DNA of 64,000 nt from the human T2T-CHM13v2.0 reference genome, Homo sapiens, in assembly GCF_009914755.1 (NCBI RefSeq), contig NC_060931.1. One strand, given 5' to 3'. This document shows, in pieces, positions 30,236-43,269 of the stretch; position 1 is the first letter of the stretch, and every line of letters begins with the position of its first letter. The translations under genes were made by a program, and so were the position numbers. The notes beneath the pieces were generated by a model that made no database searches, had not been told where the DNA came from, and worked only from the letters and a program-made list of their open reading frames with translations.

Positions 30236-33200
30236 TTTTGGCACAACGGAATTACACTGAGTAGCTGTAGGAGCTCAAAGAGAAAGGCCCCAGACTGCTG
30301 AAGCAGCCGCCAGCTCCTGCGGGCCCTCCTTGGACCTGGACTCTAAGTTGAGGGAGGCTGAGGAGACACCGAGCACCCTGCAGGCCGGGTGTGACCAGCA
30401 CTGCAGCAACCTGGCGGAGATGGAGGGGATGCTCAGAGGCCTGCAGAAGATCCTGGAGGAGGAGGAGCAGGTGTTGAGGGCCAAGGTGGGCACCAGAGAG
30501 GAAGTACTCCAGAAGTCACTGGGCAGTGAAACATCTCAAAGAGATTGTAGAGAAGCTAAAAGGAGAACTTGAAAGTTCAGACCAGGTGAGGCAGCACACC
30601 TCACATTTGGAGGCAGGGCTGGAGAAGCACATGGCAGCCCCCCATTGCTGTGCCAGAACTATGCCATGGAAGTGGTGCAGTTGAGGCAACTTCTATTAGA
30701 ATCTCAATCTCAGCTGGATGCAGCCAAGAGTGAAGCCCAGAAACAGAAGGATGTACTTGCCCTGCTCAGGCAGCAGTTGAGTGAAATGAAGAGCCATGTA
30801 GAGGATGGTGACATAGCAGGGTCCCCAGTTTCCTCCCCAGACTCACCCCCAAACCCCCTAGCCGAGCACAACCCCGTTCAGCTGAAGATGCAGTTGGAGT
30901 GGACAGAAGCCATCCTGGAGGGCAAGCAAACGCCACTGCAGAAGTTCATGGCAGAGTTTGAGGCTCCTCAGGCCTCAGTGTGTTGGTTATAAGAAGACTT
31001 GGAAAAGCTCAGTGCAGCCTGTATCCTGGAGTCTTCAGAAATGGAGGAGGCCGCGCAGCTGAAGGAGAGACTAGAAAAAGAGAAGGCGTTAACGAATGAT
31101 CTGGGCCGGGCGGCCACCAAACTACAGGAGCTTCTGAAAATGACCCAGGAGCAGCTGGCAGGGGAGAAGGACACAGTGAAGAAGCTGCAGGAACAGCTGG
31201 AAAAGACGGAGGGCTGCAGCAGCTCAAAGGAGGGCACCTCTGTCTGAGTCTCCTCTGTGGAAAAAGAAGTTACTGTTGGACTTACCAAAATGCGTACACA
31301 TTTCTTACAAATAAACCAACCAACCTACACAGCGTTATCCAGGCCCAACTTTCGGTAGCTTTAAGAGAAGCCATTAGAGACTTGAGAGTGTCTTGGAGCC
31401 ACAGAAGTAGACCTTCCAGAGCCCCCATTTGTAAACGAACCTGTGTCATATTTGATAAACACGATTCTGGGCACAGCCCTAGGCCACCGCTGAGTGACAC
31501 CAAAGCCCTACTTGACTCTGACAGCCCCTGCGGTGTGTGTGGGAGGCCAGGAGCTCTGGGGTCTATCTGTTGATGCAACTGAGAGGTGACAGCATGCAGG
31601 CAGCCCTCGCAGCCCCAGCTCGCTCACGATGCCTCCTCGCCTTGACGCCCATTCTAGCTGTGCTTGAGGAGCCCTTCAGCCGCCGCTGCACCGTGGGAGC
31701 CCTTCTCTTGGCTGGCTGAGGCTAGAGCCAGCTCCCTTGGCTGGCCGGGAGGTGTGGAGGGAGAGGCACGGGTGGGAACCGGGGTTGCACTTGCGGGCCA
31801 GCTGGAGTTCCCAGTGGGCATGGGTTTGGCGGCCCTGCACTTGGAATGGCCAGCCAGCCCTGCCGGCCCCGGGCAGTGAGGGGCTTAGCACCTGGGCCAG
31901 CAGCTGCGGAGGGTGCACCAGGTCCCCAAGCGGTGCTGGCCCACTGGCGCTGCGCTCGATTTCTTGCCTGGCCTTAGCTGCCTCCCCACAGGGCAGGGCT
32001 CGAGACCTGCAGCTCGCCATGCCTGAGTCTCCCCCCACCACCGTGGGATCCCACATGGCCTGAGCCTCCCTGATGAGCGCTGCCCCCTGTTCCATGGCTC
32101 TGGGTCCCATCGACTGCCCAAGGGCTGAGGATTGCGGGGGCAGGGCGGGAATTGGCAGGCAGCTCCACCTGCGGCCGGGCTGTGGGATCCACTGGGTGAA
32201 GCCAGCTGGGCTCCTGAGTCTGGTGGGGACTTGGAGAACCTTTGTGTCTAGCTAGGGGATTGTAAATACACCAATCAGCACTCTGTATCTAACTCAAGGT
32301 TTGTAAACACACCAATCAGCACCCTGTGTCTAGCTCAGGGTTTGTGGATGCACCAATAGTCAGTCTGTATCTAGCTAATCTGGTGGTGACTTGGAGAATC
32401 TTTATGTCTAGCTAAGGGATTGTTAATACACCAATCAGCATTCTGTGTCTAGCTCAAGGTTTGTAAATGCACCAGTCAGCACTCTGTGTCTAGCTGATCT
32501 GGTGGGGACTTGGAGAACCTTTATGTCTAGCTAAGGGATTGTGAATACACCAATCGGCACTTTGTGTCTAGCTCAAGGTTTGTAAATGCACCAATCAGCA
32601 CTCTATGTCTAGCTAATCTAGTGGGGACATGGAGAACTTTTGTGTCTATCTCAGGGATTGTAAACGCACCAATCAGCACCCTGTCAAAATGGACCAATCA
32701 GCTCTCTGTAAAACAGACCAATCGGCTCTCTGTAAGATGGACCAATCAGCAGGATGTGGGTGGGGCCACATAAGAGAATAAAAGCAGGCTGCCTGAGCTA
32801 GCAGTGTGAACCTGCTGGGATCCCCTTCTGCAGTGTGGAAGCTCTGTTCTTTTGCTCTTTGCAATAAATCTTACTGCTGCTCACTCTGGGTCCACACTGC
32901 CTTTATGAGCTGTAACACTCACCACGAAGGTCTGCAGTTTCACTCCTGAAGCCAGCGAGACCACAAACCCACTGGAAGGAATGAACAACTCCAAACTTGC
33001 CACTTTAAGAGCTATAACACTCACCGCGAAGGTCTGCAGCTTCACTCGTGAGCCAGCGAAACCATGAACCCACCAGAAGGAACAAACTCCGGACATGCCG
33101 CCTTTAAGAACTGTGACACTCACCGCGAGGGTCTGCAGCTTCATTCTTGAAGTTGGTGACACCAAGAACCCACCAATTATGGACTCACAATCATTTTGTC

Positions 33201-33370
33201 TTTTTATAGTGGGGTGGTGTGGGAGGTGGGCAGGATAGGGCAGCAAGTTCTAGAAGGCTGTGGGGCTGACTGGGGGCCACAGCCCCTCACCCCTAGATAT
33301 TGCTAACCAGAACTGATCTGCGACCTCCTGAGTGTTGGCGCCATTAAGACCAACGTTGGTGACCCTGGAG
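30236..33370 (+). pseudogene. 5'-truncated processed pseudogene of RRBP1 (p180 ribosome receptor): C-terminal CDS 30236-31247; 3' UTR 31248-31579 and 33188-~33370
   Basis: Translations match the RRBP1 C-terminus (SKLREAEET..., QLLLESQSQLDAAKSEAQKQ, EMKSHVEDGDIAG, KDTVKKLQEQLEK..SSSKEGTSV*). No introns. Stops at TAG 30262, TAG 30268 and TAA 30990, plus frameshifts near 30295, 30520 and 30640. Confidence 0.92.
31580..33187 (+). mobile_element. LTR12C-like (HERV9) solo LTR, 1608 bp
   Basis: Starts tgagaggtgacagc; GC-rich U3; tandem ccaatcagcactctgtgtctagct repeats; AATAAAAG box at 32777; U5 repeats; ends ggactca. TSD caac/caat. Confidence 0.95.
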
Positions 33371-33399
33371 TGGGGAATACAATAGCAATACAGAAAAAA

Positions 33400-34480
33400 A
33401 AAAAAAAAAGACAGTTGATCCCTTACATAATAGTGAGCACAAAAATCAATTAAATCTGAATTAATAATCTAAATGTGAAAGATAAAACAATAAGAAAGTT
33501 AATATTGGAGCATACTGTCATAATTAGGAGTTTTTAAACAGAGTTAAGCATAACAAAATAACCCACAAATTATAAAGAAAAGAAATAAGATTACATTATA
33601 TTTAGAAACTTCTGTTAATCAAAATTCACCTTCTAGAGAGTGAAAAGGAGAATTATGGACTTAAAAAATAGTGAACATGAAACTAACAAATAATTATATT
33701 CAGAGTTTAGAAATGAGCAAGAAATGTGAACAGAAACTTTGCAAAAATAACATACAAATGGTCAATGCCCAGTATCCTCATGCTTACTAAAAATCTTAAA
33801 AATACAAATTAAAACCATAACTTAATGTCACTTTATATGCATCAGAATGTCAAAATGATTGACAGTACCAAATAGGCCAAGAATAGGAAGCAACTGGAAG
33901 CCCATATATTGCTGGTGACTGTATAAATTGATATAAAACCACTTAGAAAAATCATTTGGCATTATTAATCAAAGTTGACTATAACACAGCAATTTCACTT
34001 GTTTGTCTTAATTTTTTAAAAAAACATTATGTATGTGTATTTCGAGAGATACATACAGAAATACTCATAGCTGCTTTAGTTCTAACAGTCCCAAGTGAAA
34101 ATAATCTAAAAGCTATCACCAATAAAATGTATCAATAAGCCGTGGCATATTCGTTCAACAAAATTGTATACAGTATTTAAAAGGAACAGATTATTGCCAT
34201 ATGAAATGCCACAAATGAAAGGTACGAACATAATATGAAGCAAAATAAAGTGGACAGAAATGAGTACATGGTGTATGATTTTATTTATGTAAAAATCCAA
34301 AAGAGCAATTATTAATGTGTCAGAATGATGCTCACATTGTGGAGGGGCCGGGGTAATGATCATCACTGTGAATCTGCAGAAGAGCTAGTATGTTTTATTT
34401 CTCTACTAAGATGATAATCACATGTTGTTTTCACTTTGTAATCATTCGTCTGTTTTCAATTTGTACATTGTCCTTTATGA
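33400..34480 (+). mobile_element. Ancient L1M ORF2/3' remnant (host of the RRBP1 retrocopy; upstream part about 29875-30230)
   Basis: Degenerate ORF2 continues colinearly on both sides of the pseudogene. Confidence 0.65.
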
Positions 34481-34823
34481 ACATTTTAGTAGGGGATGAG
34501 AGGTCATTTCAAAAAACGCTTTGATACTGCGTGAAATGTCATGCTATGTGTTAATAACTCAGAACATACACCCAGCAACTCTATGAGCTTTCCCAGTTAG
34601 TGTTTATTTATCACAAACACACTGTGGTACAAATTTCTAATAAAAATCTGTCTAGATCATTATTATAAAAATGTATATGTTTTCTAATGAAATCTGCATG
34701 CCTTGATTATTTGATATCTGGGAGTTTCAACAATGAGCCAGTGTTGAAAGGGAGGAAGCTGCCTGCAAAATTGATGAAATGATTAAGATACATGATTTAA
34801 AGGGTCTGGGACACCTTAATCAT

Positions 34824-35207
34824 ATTATCGAAACACAAGGGGTTCTGTCTAGGTCCTGCTGCCTGCCGTACAGAAAGCTAATCACTGAGAAGTCGAATAT
34901 TGCCAAGGAAGAAGGCTTTAATTGGGTGCTGCAGCCAAGGAGATGGGAGCTCAAGTCTCAAATCCATCTCCTTGACCAACTAAATCTAGAGGTTTATATA
35001 TCAGGCAAGAAATGTAACAATGTGTAAGAAAACAGAAACTCAGGAGGGCCAAGCAAGCAACCATGGTGAGTGAGGGCTCCAGCATCTGGTGTGGTGATCT
35101 GGTTTCAGTTCTTTGATACTTTTTAGGAGAGGCCTGAAGTTCATTTCCTGAGGAAGGAACTCAGATAAAACAAATGTAAGTTTCAAGCTTTAACAGCCAA
35201 AGGGTCT
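34824..35207 (-). mobile_element. ERV1 (MER4-group) LTR fragment
   Basis: gaaacacaaggggttctgtctaggtcctgctgc...cagaaagctaatcactgaga; subfamily uncertain. Confidence 0.6.
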
Positions 35208-38200
35208 CTGTGCAGGATGTATAGGTTTGTTACGTAGGTAAACATGTGCCGTGGTGGTCATGGCAGTGGTGACCTGGTTGGAGTAGCCACTGCCATGATG
35301 CTGGCTGCAGTGGAGGATCTGTGGCATGGGCTATGTGCTCCATGGAGCCAGAGGGAGCAGAGAACAGGTGGCAGCCAATCCCCTTTCTGAATTGGTGAGT
35401 TGGGAGCCCCAGCCTCCCAGGTGCAACAGCAGCTGCCTAGCTGTGGCTGCAAACCGGGAATCTCTGCATTCTTGGAGACCCAGGAAGCCCTCCTGTCCCA
35501 CAGGCTCAGAAGTGCCTGCTCCTGCTGCCTGACCTCTCCCCGCTCCTGGTGCCTACTCCAATTTTGGAGCAAAGTTGAGGCCTAGCACAGGTACTGTCAT
35601 GATCTGGCCAGGTGTGCACACTCTTGGGGCAGTGCTGACATGGCAGACCCCTACTCCCTCTGTCCCCCTCCGGACTTTGGACACTAACAAGCGTGGGAGG
35701 GAGGCTTGAGTGGGGCTGAGGTCAGCTTGGCATGAGCCTGAAGGCACCTCTCAGCATGAAGAGCCTGGGTGCCATGGACAGCAGCTTGATGGCAGCAGAA
35801 GGCAGACAGGGTCCTGGGTGAAAAGAGGCAGGTAACTGGTGAAGCCCAAACCTTTAAGGCAGGGATGGCCTGTAGGTAGCCTGGGGGCTGGGCTGCCAAG
35901 TCTGCAGACTGAAGTGAGAACTTATGGTGGTTTTTCTGGGCCTGCCTATGACCACCTATTGACCAATCAGCATGCACCTGATCCCCTCTGAAGCCCATAA
36001 AAAATCTGGACTGAGCCAGAATCCTGTATACAACAGGACAATCTGCTTGCAGATAGGAGCTACCCACTCTGGGTCTCCTCTCTGCTGAGGGTTGCAGAGA
36101 TGACAGACTGACCTGCCTGCAAATAGGACCTACCTACCTTGGGTCTCCTCTCTGCTGAGGGCTGCAGAAACTTTGGGGCCACCTGCCTGCAGAAGGAAGC
36201 AACCCACTGCGGGTCTCCTCATTATTATTCTGCTGCTCAGTGAAGCTCTTCTCTGCCATATTCACCCTTCAGTTGTCTGTGTACCTCATTTTTCTGGATG
36301 TGGGACAAGAACTCTGGACCAACTGAAGGCAGGACTAAAAGAGCTGTAACAGAACAGGAGTGAAAAAAGTCCCCAACACTTGCCACATTGTGGGCGACAA
36401 GGAGAGAAGAGTTGCGGCCCTTTTGGGAGCCCAGACCTAGAGGCTCCCTGAGCCAGGGCTGTTACATTCTCTTTGGGTTTCTGCAGTTCCTGATGTCTCC
36501 AAGCCTCTGGGAGCCACTGCATTCTCTTCGTCCAGATGTGGGTGCCCAAAGCAGATGCTACATGTAGTACATCTGGTCTATCTGCAGCCTTACATGGAGC
36601 TAGCATGTGTGCTGGCACCTGGAACTGCCTGCCCCACTGCAGCAGCAAGTGTGCCTGGCTATGTGCAGTGGCTGCACCCCATGCTCGGTTATTCACACAC
36701 CCCTCACTACTCCGCACCTGGCTCATGCTTGGCAGGGGTGAGATCTGGGCCAGTAGTGCAAGCCAAACACAGCATGTCAGGCCAAGTAGGTGGAATGGGC
36801 CCAGGAGGCATAAGCAATACTCAGGCAGAAGGTGCCATTGGCCACAGTAGTTTCCAGCTGGTGAAATGACACCCCAAGGACCCTGTGACAGTAGTTTGCT
36901 GCACCTATCCACCCATCACCCAGGTATTAAGCCAAGCATGTACTTGTTATTTTTCCTGATGCTCTTCCTTCCCTTGCCCCCTGACAGGACTCAGTGTGTG
37001 TTGTTCACTCCCCTGTGTTTTTGTGTTCTCACTGTTCAGCTACCACTTATAAGTGAGAACATGTGGTGTTTGGTTTTTTACTCCTGCATTAGTTTGGTGA
37101 AGATAATGGCTTCCAGCTCCATCCATCTCACTGCAAAGGACATGATCTCATTCCTTGTTTTGGCTGCATGGTATTCCATGGAATATATGTACCACAATTT
37201 CTTTATCCAGTTCACCATTGATGGGCATCTAGGTTCATTCCGTGTCGTTGCAATTGTGTATAGTGCTGCAATGAACATGTATGTGCATGTATCTTTATAA
37301 TAGAAAGATTTATATTCCTTTGGGTTTATACCCAGTAATGGGATTGCTGGGTCAAATGGTATTTCTAGTTCTAGATCTTTGAGGAATTGCCACACTGTCT
37401 TTCACAATGGTTGAACTAATTTACATTCCCACCAACAATGTAAAAGCATTCATCTGTTATTTCTTGACTTTTTAATAATCTCCATTCTGACTAGCGTGAG
37501 ATGGAATGTTTTTGTGGTTTTGATTTGCATTTCTCTAATGATCAGTGATGTTGAGCTTTTTTTCATGTTTGTTGGACACATCTTGAGAAGTGTCTGTTCA
37601 TGTCCTTTGCCCACTTTTTAACAGGATTATTTGTTTTTTTCATATAAATTTGTTTATGTTCCTTGTAGATTTTTGACATTAGACATTTGTCAGATGGATA
37701 AATTGCAAACATTTTCTCCCATTCTGTAGGTTGTCTGTTCACTCTGATGGTAATTTCTTTTGCTGTGGAGAAGCTCTTTAGTTTAATCAGATTCCACTTG
37801 TTAATTTTTGGTTTTGTTGCAATTGCTTTTGACATTTTCATCATGAAATCTTCACCCGTGCCTATGTCCTGAGTGGTATTGCCCAGATATTTTATAGGGT
37901 TTTTATACTTTTGGGTTTTACATTTAAGTCTTTATTCCATCTTGAGTTAATTTTTATATAAGGTGTAAGAAAGTGGTCCAGTTTCAATTTTCTGCATATG
38001 GCTAGCTGGTTTTCCCAGCACCATTTATTCATAGGAAATCCTTTCCCCATTGCTTATTTTTGTCAGGTTTGTCAAAGATCAGATGGTTGTAGATGCATGG
38101 TCTTATTTCTGAGTTATCTATTCTGTTCCATTGGCCTGTGTGTCTGTTTTTGTACCAGGCTATTTTGGTTACTGTAGCCTTGTATTATAGTTTGAAGTCA

Positions 38201-40650
38201 GGTAGGGTAATACCTCTTAAATTTGCTGAGGAGTGTTATGCTTCTAATTATGTGATCAATTTTAGAGTAAATGCCATGTGGCAATGAGAATAATGTATAT
38301 GCTGTTGTTGGGTGGAGAGTTCTGCAGTTATCTGTCAGGCCCACTTGATCCAGAGCTGAGTTCAAGTCCTGAATATCTTTGTTAATTTTCTGTCTCAATG
38401 ATTTGTCTAATTCTTTGAGAGTGGGTTGTTAAAATCTCCCACTATTATTGTGTGTGAGTCTATGTCTCTTTACAGGTCTCTAAGAATTTGTTTATGAATC
38501 TGGGTGTTCCTGTACTGGTGTAAACATATTTAGGATAGTTAGCTCTTCCTGTTGAATTGAACCCTTCACCATTATATAATGCCTTTCTTTGTCTTTTTTG
38601 ATCTTTGTTGGTTTATAGTCTGTCAGAAACTAGGATTGCAACCACTGCTTTTTTTCTATTTTACATTTGCTTGGTAAAGTTTCCTATATCTTTATTTTGA
38701 GCCTGTCTGTGTTTGCACATGAGATGGGTCTCTGGAATACAGCACACTGATGGGTCTTGAGTCTTTATCTAGTTTGCCATTCTGTGTATTTTAATTGGGG
38801 CATTTAGCTCATTAGCATTTAAGGTTAACATTGTTATGTATGAATTTGATCCTGTCATCATGATGCTAGCTGGTTATTTTGCAGACTTGTTGATGTAGTT
38901 GATTAATAGCATTGTTAGTCTGTGTACTTCAGTGTGTCTTTGTAGTGCCTGGTAATGGTTTTTCCTTTCCATATTTAGTGATTCCTTCAGGAGTTCTTGC
39001 AAGGAAGGCCTGGTGATGACAAATTCTCTCTGCATTTGCTTGTCTGAAAAGGATTTTATTTCTCCTTTGCATATGAAGCTTAGTTTGGCTGGATATGAAA
39101 TTCTGAATTGGAAATTCTTTTCTTTAAGAATGTTGAATATTGACCCCCAGTCTCTCTGGGCTGCTAGGATTTCTGCTGAGAGATCCACTGTTAATCTAAT
39201 GAGCTTCCCTTTGTAGTTGACCTGGCATTTCTCTCTGGCTGCCCTTAGCCTTATTTCCTTCATTTTTACCTTGGAGAATCTAATGATTAGGTGTCATGGG
39301 GTTGATTTTCCTTCTCATGGAATATCTTATTGAGAGTTTCTGTGTGTCCTGAATTTGAATGTTGGCCTGTCTTGCTAGGTTGGAGAAGTTGTCCTGGCTT
39401 ATATCCTGAAGTGTATTTTCCAACTTGATTCCATTCTCACCATCTCTTTTAGGTACTCCAGTCAGTTACAGGTTTGATCTTTTTATGGGATCCCATAATT
39501 CTCAGAGGTTTTGTTTGTTTCTTTTCATTCATTTTAAATCTAATCTTGTCTGCTTGTCTTATTTCAGCATGATACTCTTGGAGCTCTGACATTCTTTCCT
39601 CTGCTTGGTCTATTCAGCTATTGATACTTGTGGTTGCATTGTGAAGTTCTTGTGTTTCTTGGCTCCATCAGGTCATTTATGTTTTGCTCTAAACTGGTTA
39701 TTCTAGTTACCAGTTCCTGTATTGATTTATCATGGTTCTTAGCTTCTTTGCATTGGGTTAGAACATGTTGCTTTAGCTCAGCGAAATTTGTTATTACCCA
39801 CTTTCGGAAGCCTACTTTTGTCAGTTCATCCATCTCAGCCTCAGTCCAGTTCTCTGCCCTTGCTGGAGAGGTGCTGCAATCATTTGGAGGAGAAGAGACA
39901 CTCTGGGTTTTTGAGTTTTCAGCGTTTTTGTGTTGATACTTTCTCATCTTTGTGGGTTTATCTACCTTTGATCTTTGAGTCTGCTGACCTTTGGATGACA
40001 TTTTTTCTCAGGTCTTTTTTGTTGATGATGTTGTTGTTTTTGCTTTCTGTTTGTGTGTTTTTCTTTTAACAGTCAGGCCCCTCTTCTGTAGGGCTTCTCT
40101 GGTTTGCTGTGGATCCACTCCAGACCCTGTTCACCTGGGTCTCTCCTACACTTGGAGGTATTACCAGTGGAGGCTGCAGAATGGCAAAGATGGCTGCCTG
40201 CTCCTTCCTCCTGGAGCTCCATCCCAGAGGGGCACTGACATGATGCCAGCTGGAACTCTCCTGTATAATGTGTCTGGCAACCCCTGTTGGGAGGTCTTAC
40301 ATAGTCAGGAGGCAAGGGATCAGGGACCCACTTAAAGAAGGAGTCTGGCTGCCCCTTGGCAGGGAAGGCATGCTGCAATGGGGGGAATCCCCCTCGTCCA
40401 GACTGCCCAGACTCTCAGAGCCAGCAGGAAGGAAAGACTAAGTCCACTGATCCACAGGAACCACAGCTGCCCTTCCCTCCAGGGGCTCTGTTCCAGCCCG
40501 TTTGCAAACCCCTGGCTGGAGTTGATAAAATTCCCTCAGGGAGGCACGACCCAGTGAGGAGGGATAGATCTGGGTCTTACCTGATGAAGCAGTCTGGCCA
40601 TGATCTGCCACAGCCACTGCACTGCTCTGTGGGGAATTCCTCTTGGGCCC
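35208..40650 (-). mobile_element. Older primate L1 (about L1PA8-L1PA11 class) with 5' UTR, ORF1 and internally deleted ORF2; 3' UTR split by MER52
   Basis: ORF1 remnants (38874-39263, 39618-40001), ORF2 remnants (37078-37395, 37563-37844, 38198-38398), and a 3' UTR colinear across 35257/36891. Confidence 0.9.
35258..36890 (+). mobile_element. MER52(A/C)-like solo LTR, 1633 bp
   Basis: Starts tcatggcagtgg (consensus tgatggcagcgg) and ends ccccaaggaccctgtgaca; 4-bp TSD gtgg/gtag within an L1 3' UTR. Confidence 0.85.
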
Positions 40651-42591
40651 TATAATTTAAAAAATGAATAAAACATGGACCCCGAGCATGCTAGCCAGTG
40701 AGAAGGGGAAAAAGAGTATAAGATCCAGTAGGAGAAAAAGAGTATTGTAGCATCTGCCCTGGTTCTCAGGCCATGGCTATGAAAGCAGAACTCATAGAGA
40801 ACCCTGGGCAATTGAGTAATAGAGACAAAAATTTTAAATAAATAAAATGATTTTTAAAAAATTCAGGAAAGAATCACATGATTTTTTTTCTAAAATTTAC
40901 ATAGCATTTTTTTCAGAATATGTGTATATAAATTTTAACCCTATTACTTTTCTTGGACCTAACCAATTAGTGGTAACTTACTCCTGCTGAATGTGTGCCC
41001 ATGTGTATGGGGCGGTGGGGAGCAGGGGATATTGAGGAGTTGAAAATTTCCTCTCCATAGAAAGTAACCAGATGCAATCTAGTTTAAACTGAAACAGTTC
41101 CTGTTTAGTAAGCAAAAATGTCTCCACATAAGGCAAATAACCCAAACCAGTTGGGAGGTAAAACCAGTTCATGTTTGTTCTATCTGGTTTGAGAAAGATT
41201 CCATTAGGTGGCTGAAAATTTAGGATAAGATTTATTTCACAGAGAAAATAGACAATAAAGACATTGGGAGTCAGGGCTTGAGAAAAGCAAATATATGTTC
41301 CAGCATCACAAGCTATGAGGTTATATGCTTTCAGTATGATTTATACCTTGTTCAGAAATGGTATAGGAACTGTAGTTGCTTTTTGTTTTGCTTCTTTTTT
41401 TTTTTTTTTGGTTTTTTTTTTTTTTGAGTTAATGCACTCTGTGTACCTTTACAGGTTGCCTCGTTTTGTATTTTAATCATAAAAGACCTTTTGTACTATG
41501 CATCCCTGATCATTAAATATGTTTACTGATTTATTATTTTCTCAGAATTTCATTAATCTGTCACGACTCAGTTCATTAATGAAGATGTGAAATTAGATTT
41601 GAATATGCTCTTTTCCTGGCAGCAGCTCTGTGTAGAGCAATGTGTGATGACTTGGTAATAACATTTAATTTTTTGCCCCTATTACAGTTTGTGTATCTAA
41701 ATCAATTTAATGTCATAATATTAATATTTCGTGAAATAATGTATTAAACTGTGTACTCAGATGCCTAAATACTGCATCTCCTGCTGTTGAATCATGCGTT
41801 AATTTGGGCAATTCCACTTCCAAATATCAATTTGCAAATGTGTGGTATTTCCTTAAGAACGGGCCATGGATAAGTTCTTACTTCTTTGATCTTTACTGGT
41901 TTTGAATATAATGTAAATTCCATGCATTCCAGTCAGTAGGTGGACCTTTATTAAAGGCCTCAGAAGCAGATCACTAAAACCAATGCCTTTCTCAGATCTT
42001 TCTTAGACAGCCTTCTGTGCCAATCAGAACACAGCCTATTGCCTGGCATGGATTTTATTATCAATGGCCCTCTCCTTGTCCCATCCAGCAAGGTTCAAAA
42101 TCCACTTAAAGAGGTTGATACCATTGTCTTTGTTTATCATTGTTATGTTGTTGTTTTTTTTTTAAAGGAATCATATCATAACTTTCTTATAGCTTAAGAT
42201 AGTTCATTTTATTAAGGTAAAACTTTTACTTAGTGACATTTGCAGTTTAACAAGTGCTTTCTCTTCAATGCTTTTGTTTGGCCCAACAGTGAACATCAAA
42301 GCCATGTGCAAACTGTGGAAAATTTAATGCAGATATCATTTAAGATTGGTGTTATCCCCACTTAATTATAAAATCTAAATTTACATGAAATTAAATATGA
42401 AATTTGCATGAAATTACATATTTCATGACTCTTACAACATGAAATAATGACAGGGGATACCATCTGACTCTGAAATATCTGACCATGTCCCATAATTCTT
42501 TCATGCTGGGAACATTGAATCAAATTCCAAACATCTTGGTCTCATTGCTGACATAAACGGAATCCTGAAGCAAAACTTAATCCTTCCTTGA

Positions 42592-42977
<386 letters not shown>

Positions 42978-43132
42978 ACCTTTCATTATTTTGTATGTCC
43001 CCTATTTAAGTAAAAAAAATTATAATTTATCCAACTGACCTAAGCCAAGAATGTAAGCATTCTCTTTGACTATTTCATCTCTTATCTCTTCCTCCATCCT
43101 ATGCAATCTACTATAAGGTTAAGCTTATCTCT

Positions 43133-43207
43133 CTTTTTTCCAACTTTTAGGTTCAAGAGGTACATGTGAAAGTTAATGACATGGGTAGATTTTGTGTTGT
43201 AGCGGTT
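43133..43207 (-). mobile_element. Extremely 5'-truncated L1PA15/16-like 3' end
   Basis: ttttttccaacttttaggttcaagaggtacatgtg; TSD agcttatctct at 43122-43132 and 43208-43218. Confidence 0.7.
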
Positions 43208-43269
43208 AGCTTATCTCTTAAGTCAAGTCACTTAACACCATCCCCACCATTATCTGCACAGTTTATTTG

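Noticed and set aside
30330-31247. RRBP1-like ORFs as a functional retrogene
   Set aside because: The copy is 5'-truncated, with multiple stops and frameshifts, and lacks the N-terminal membrane anchor.
32220-33180. Regularly spaced repeats resembling a CRISPR-like array
   Set aside because: These are the standard LTR12 U3 and U5 tandem subrepeats, with no unique spacers.
36286-36912. 208-aa minus-strand ORF
   Set aside because: It lies within the GC-rich MER52 LTR and resembles no protein I recognise.
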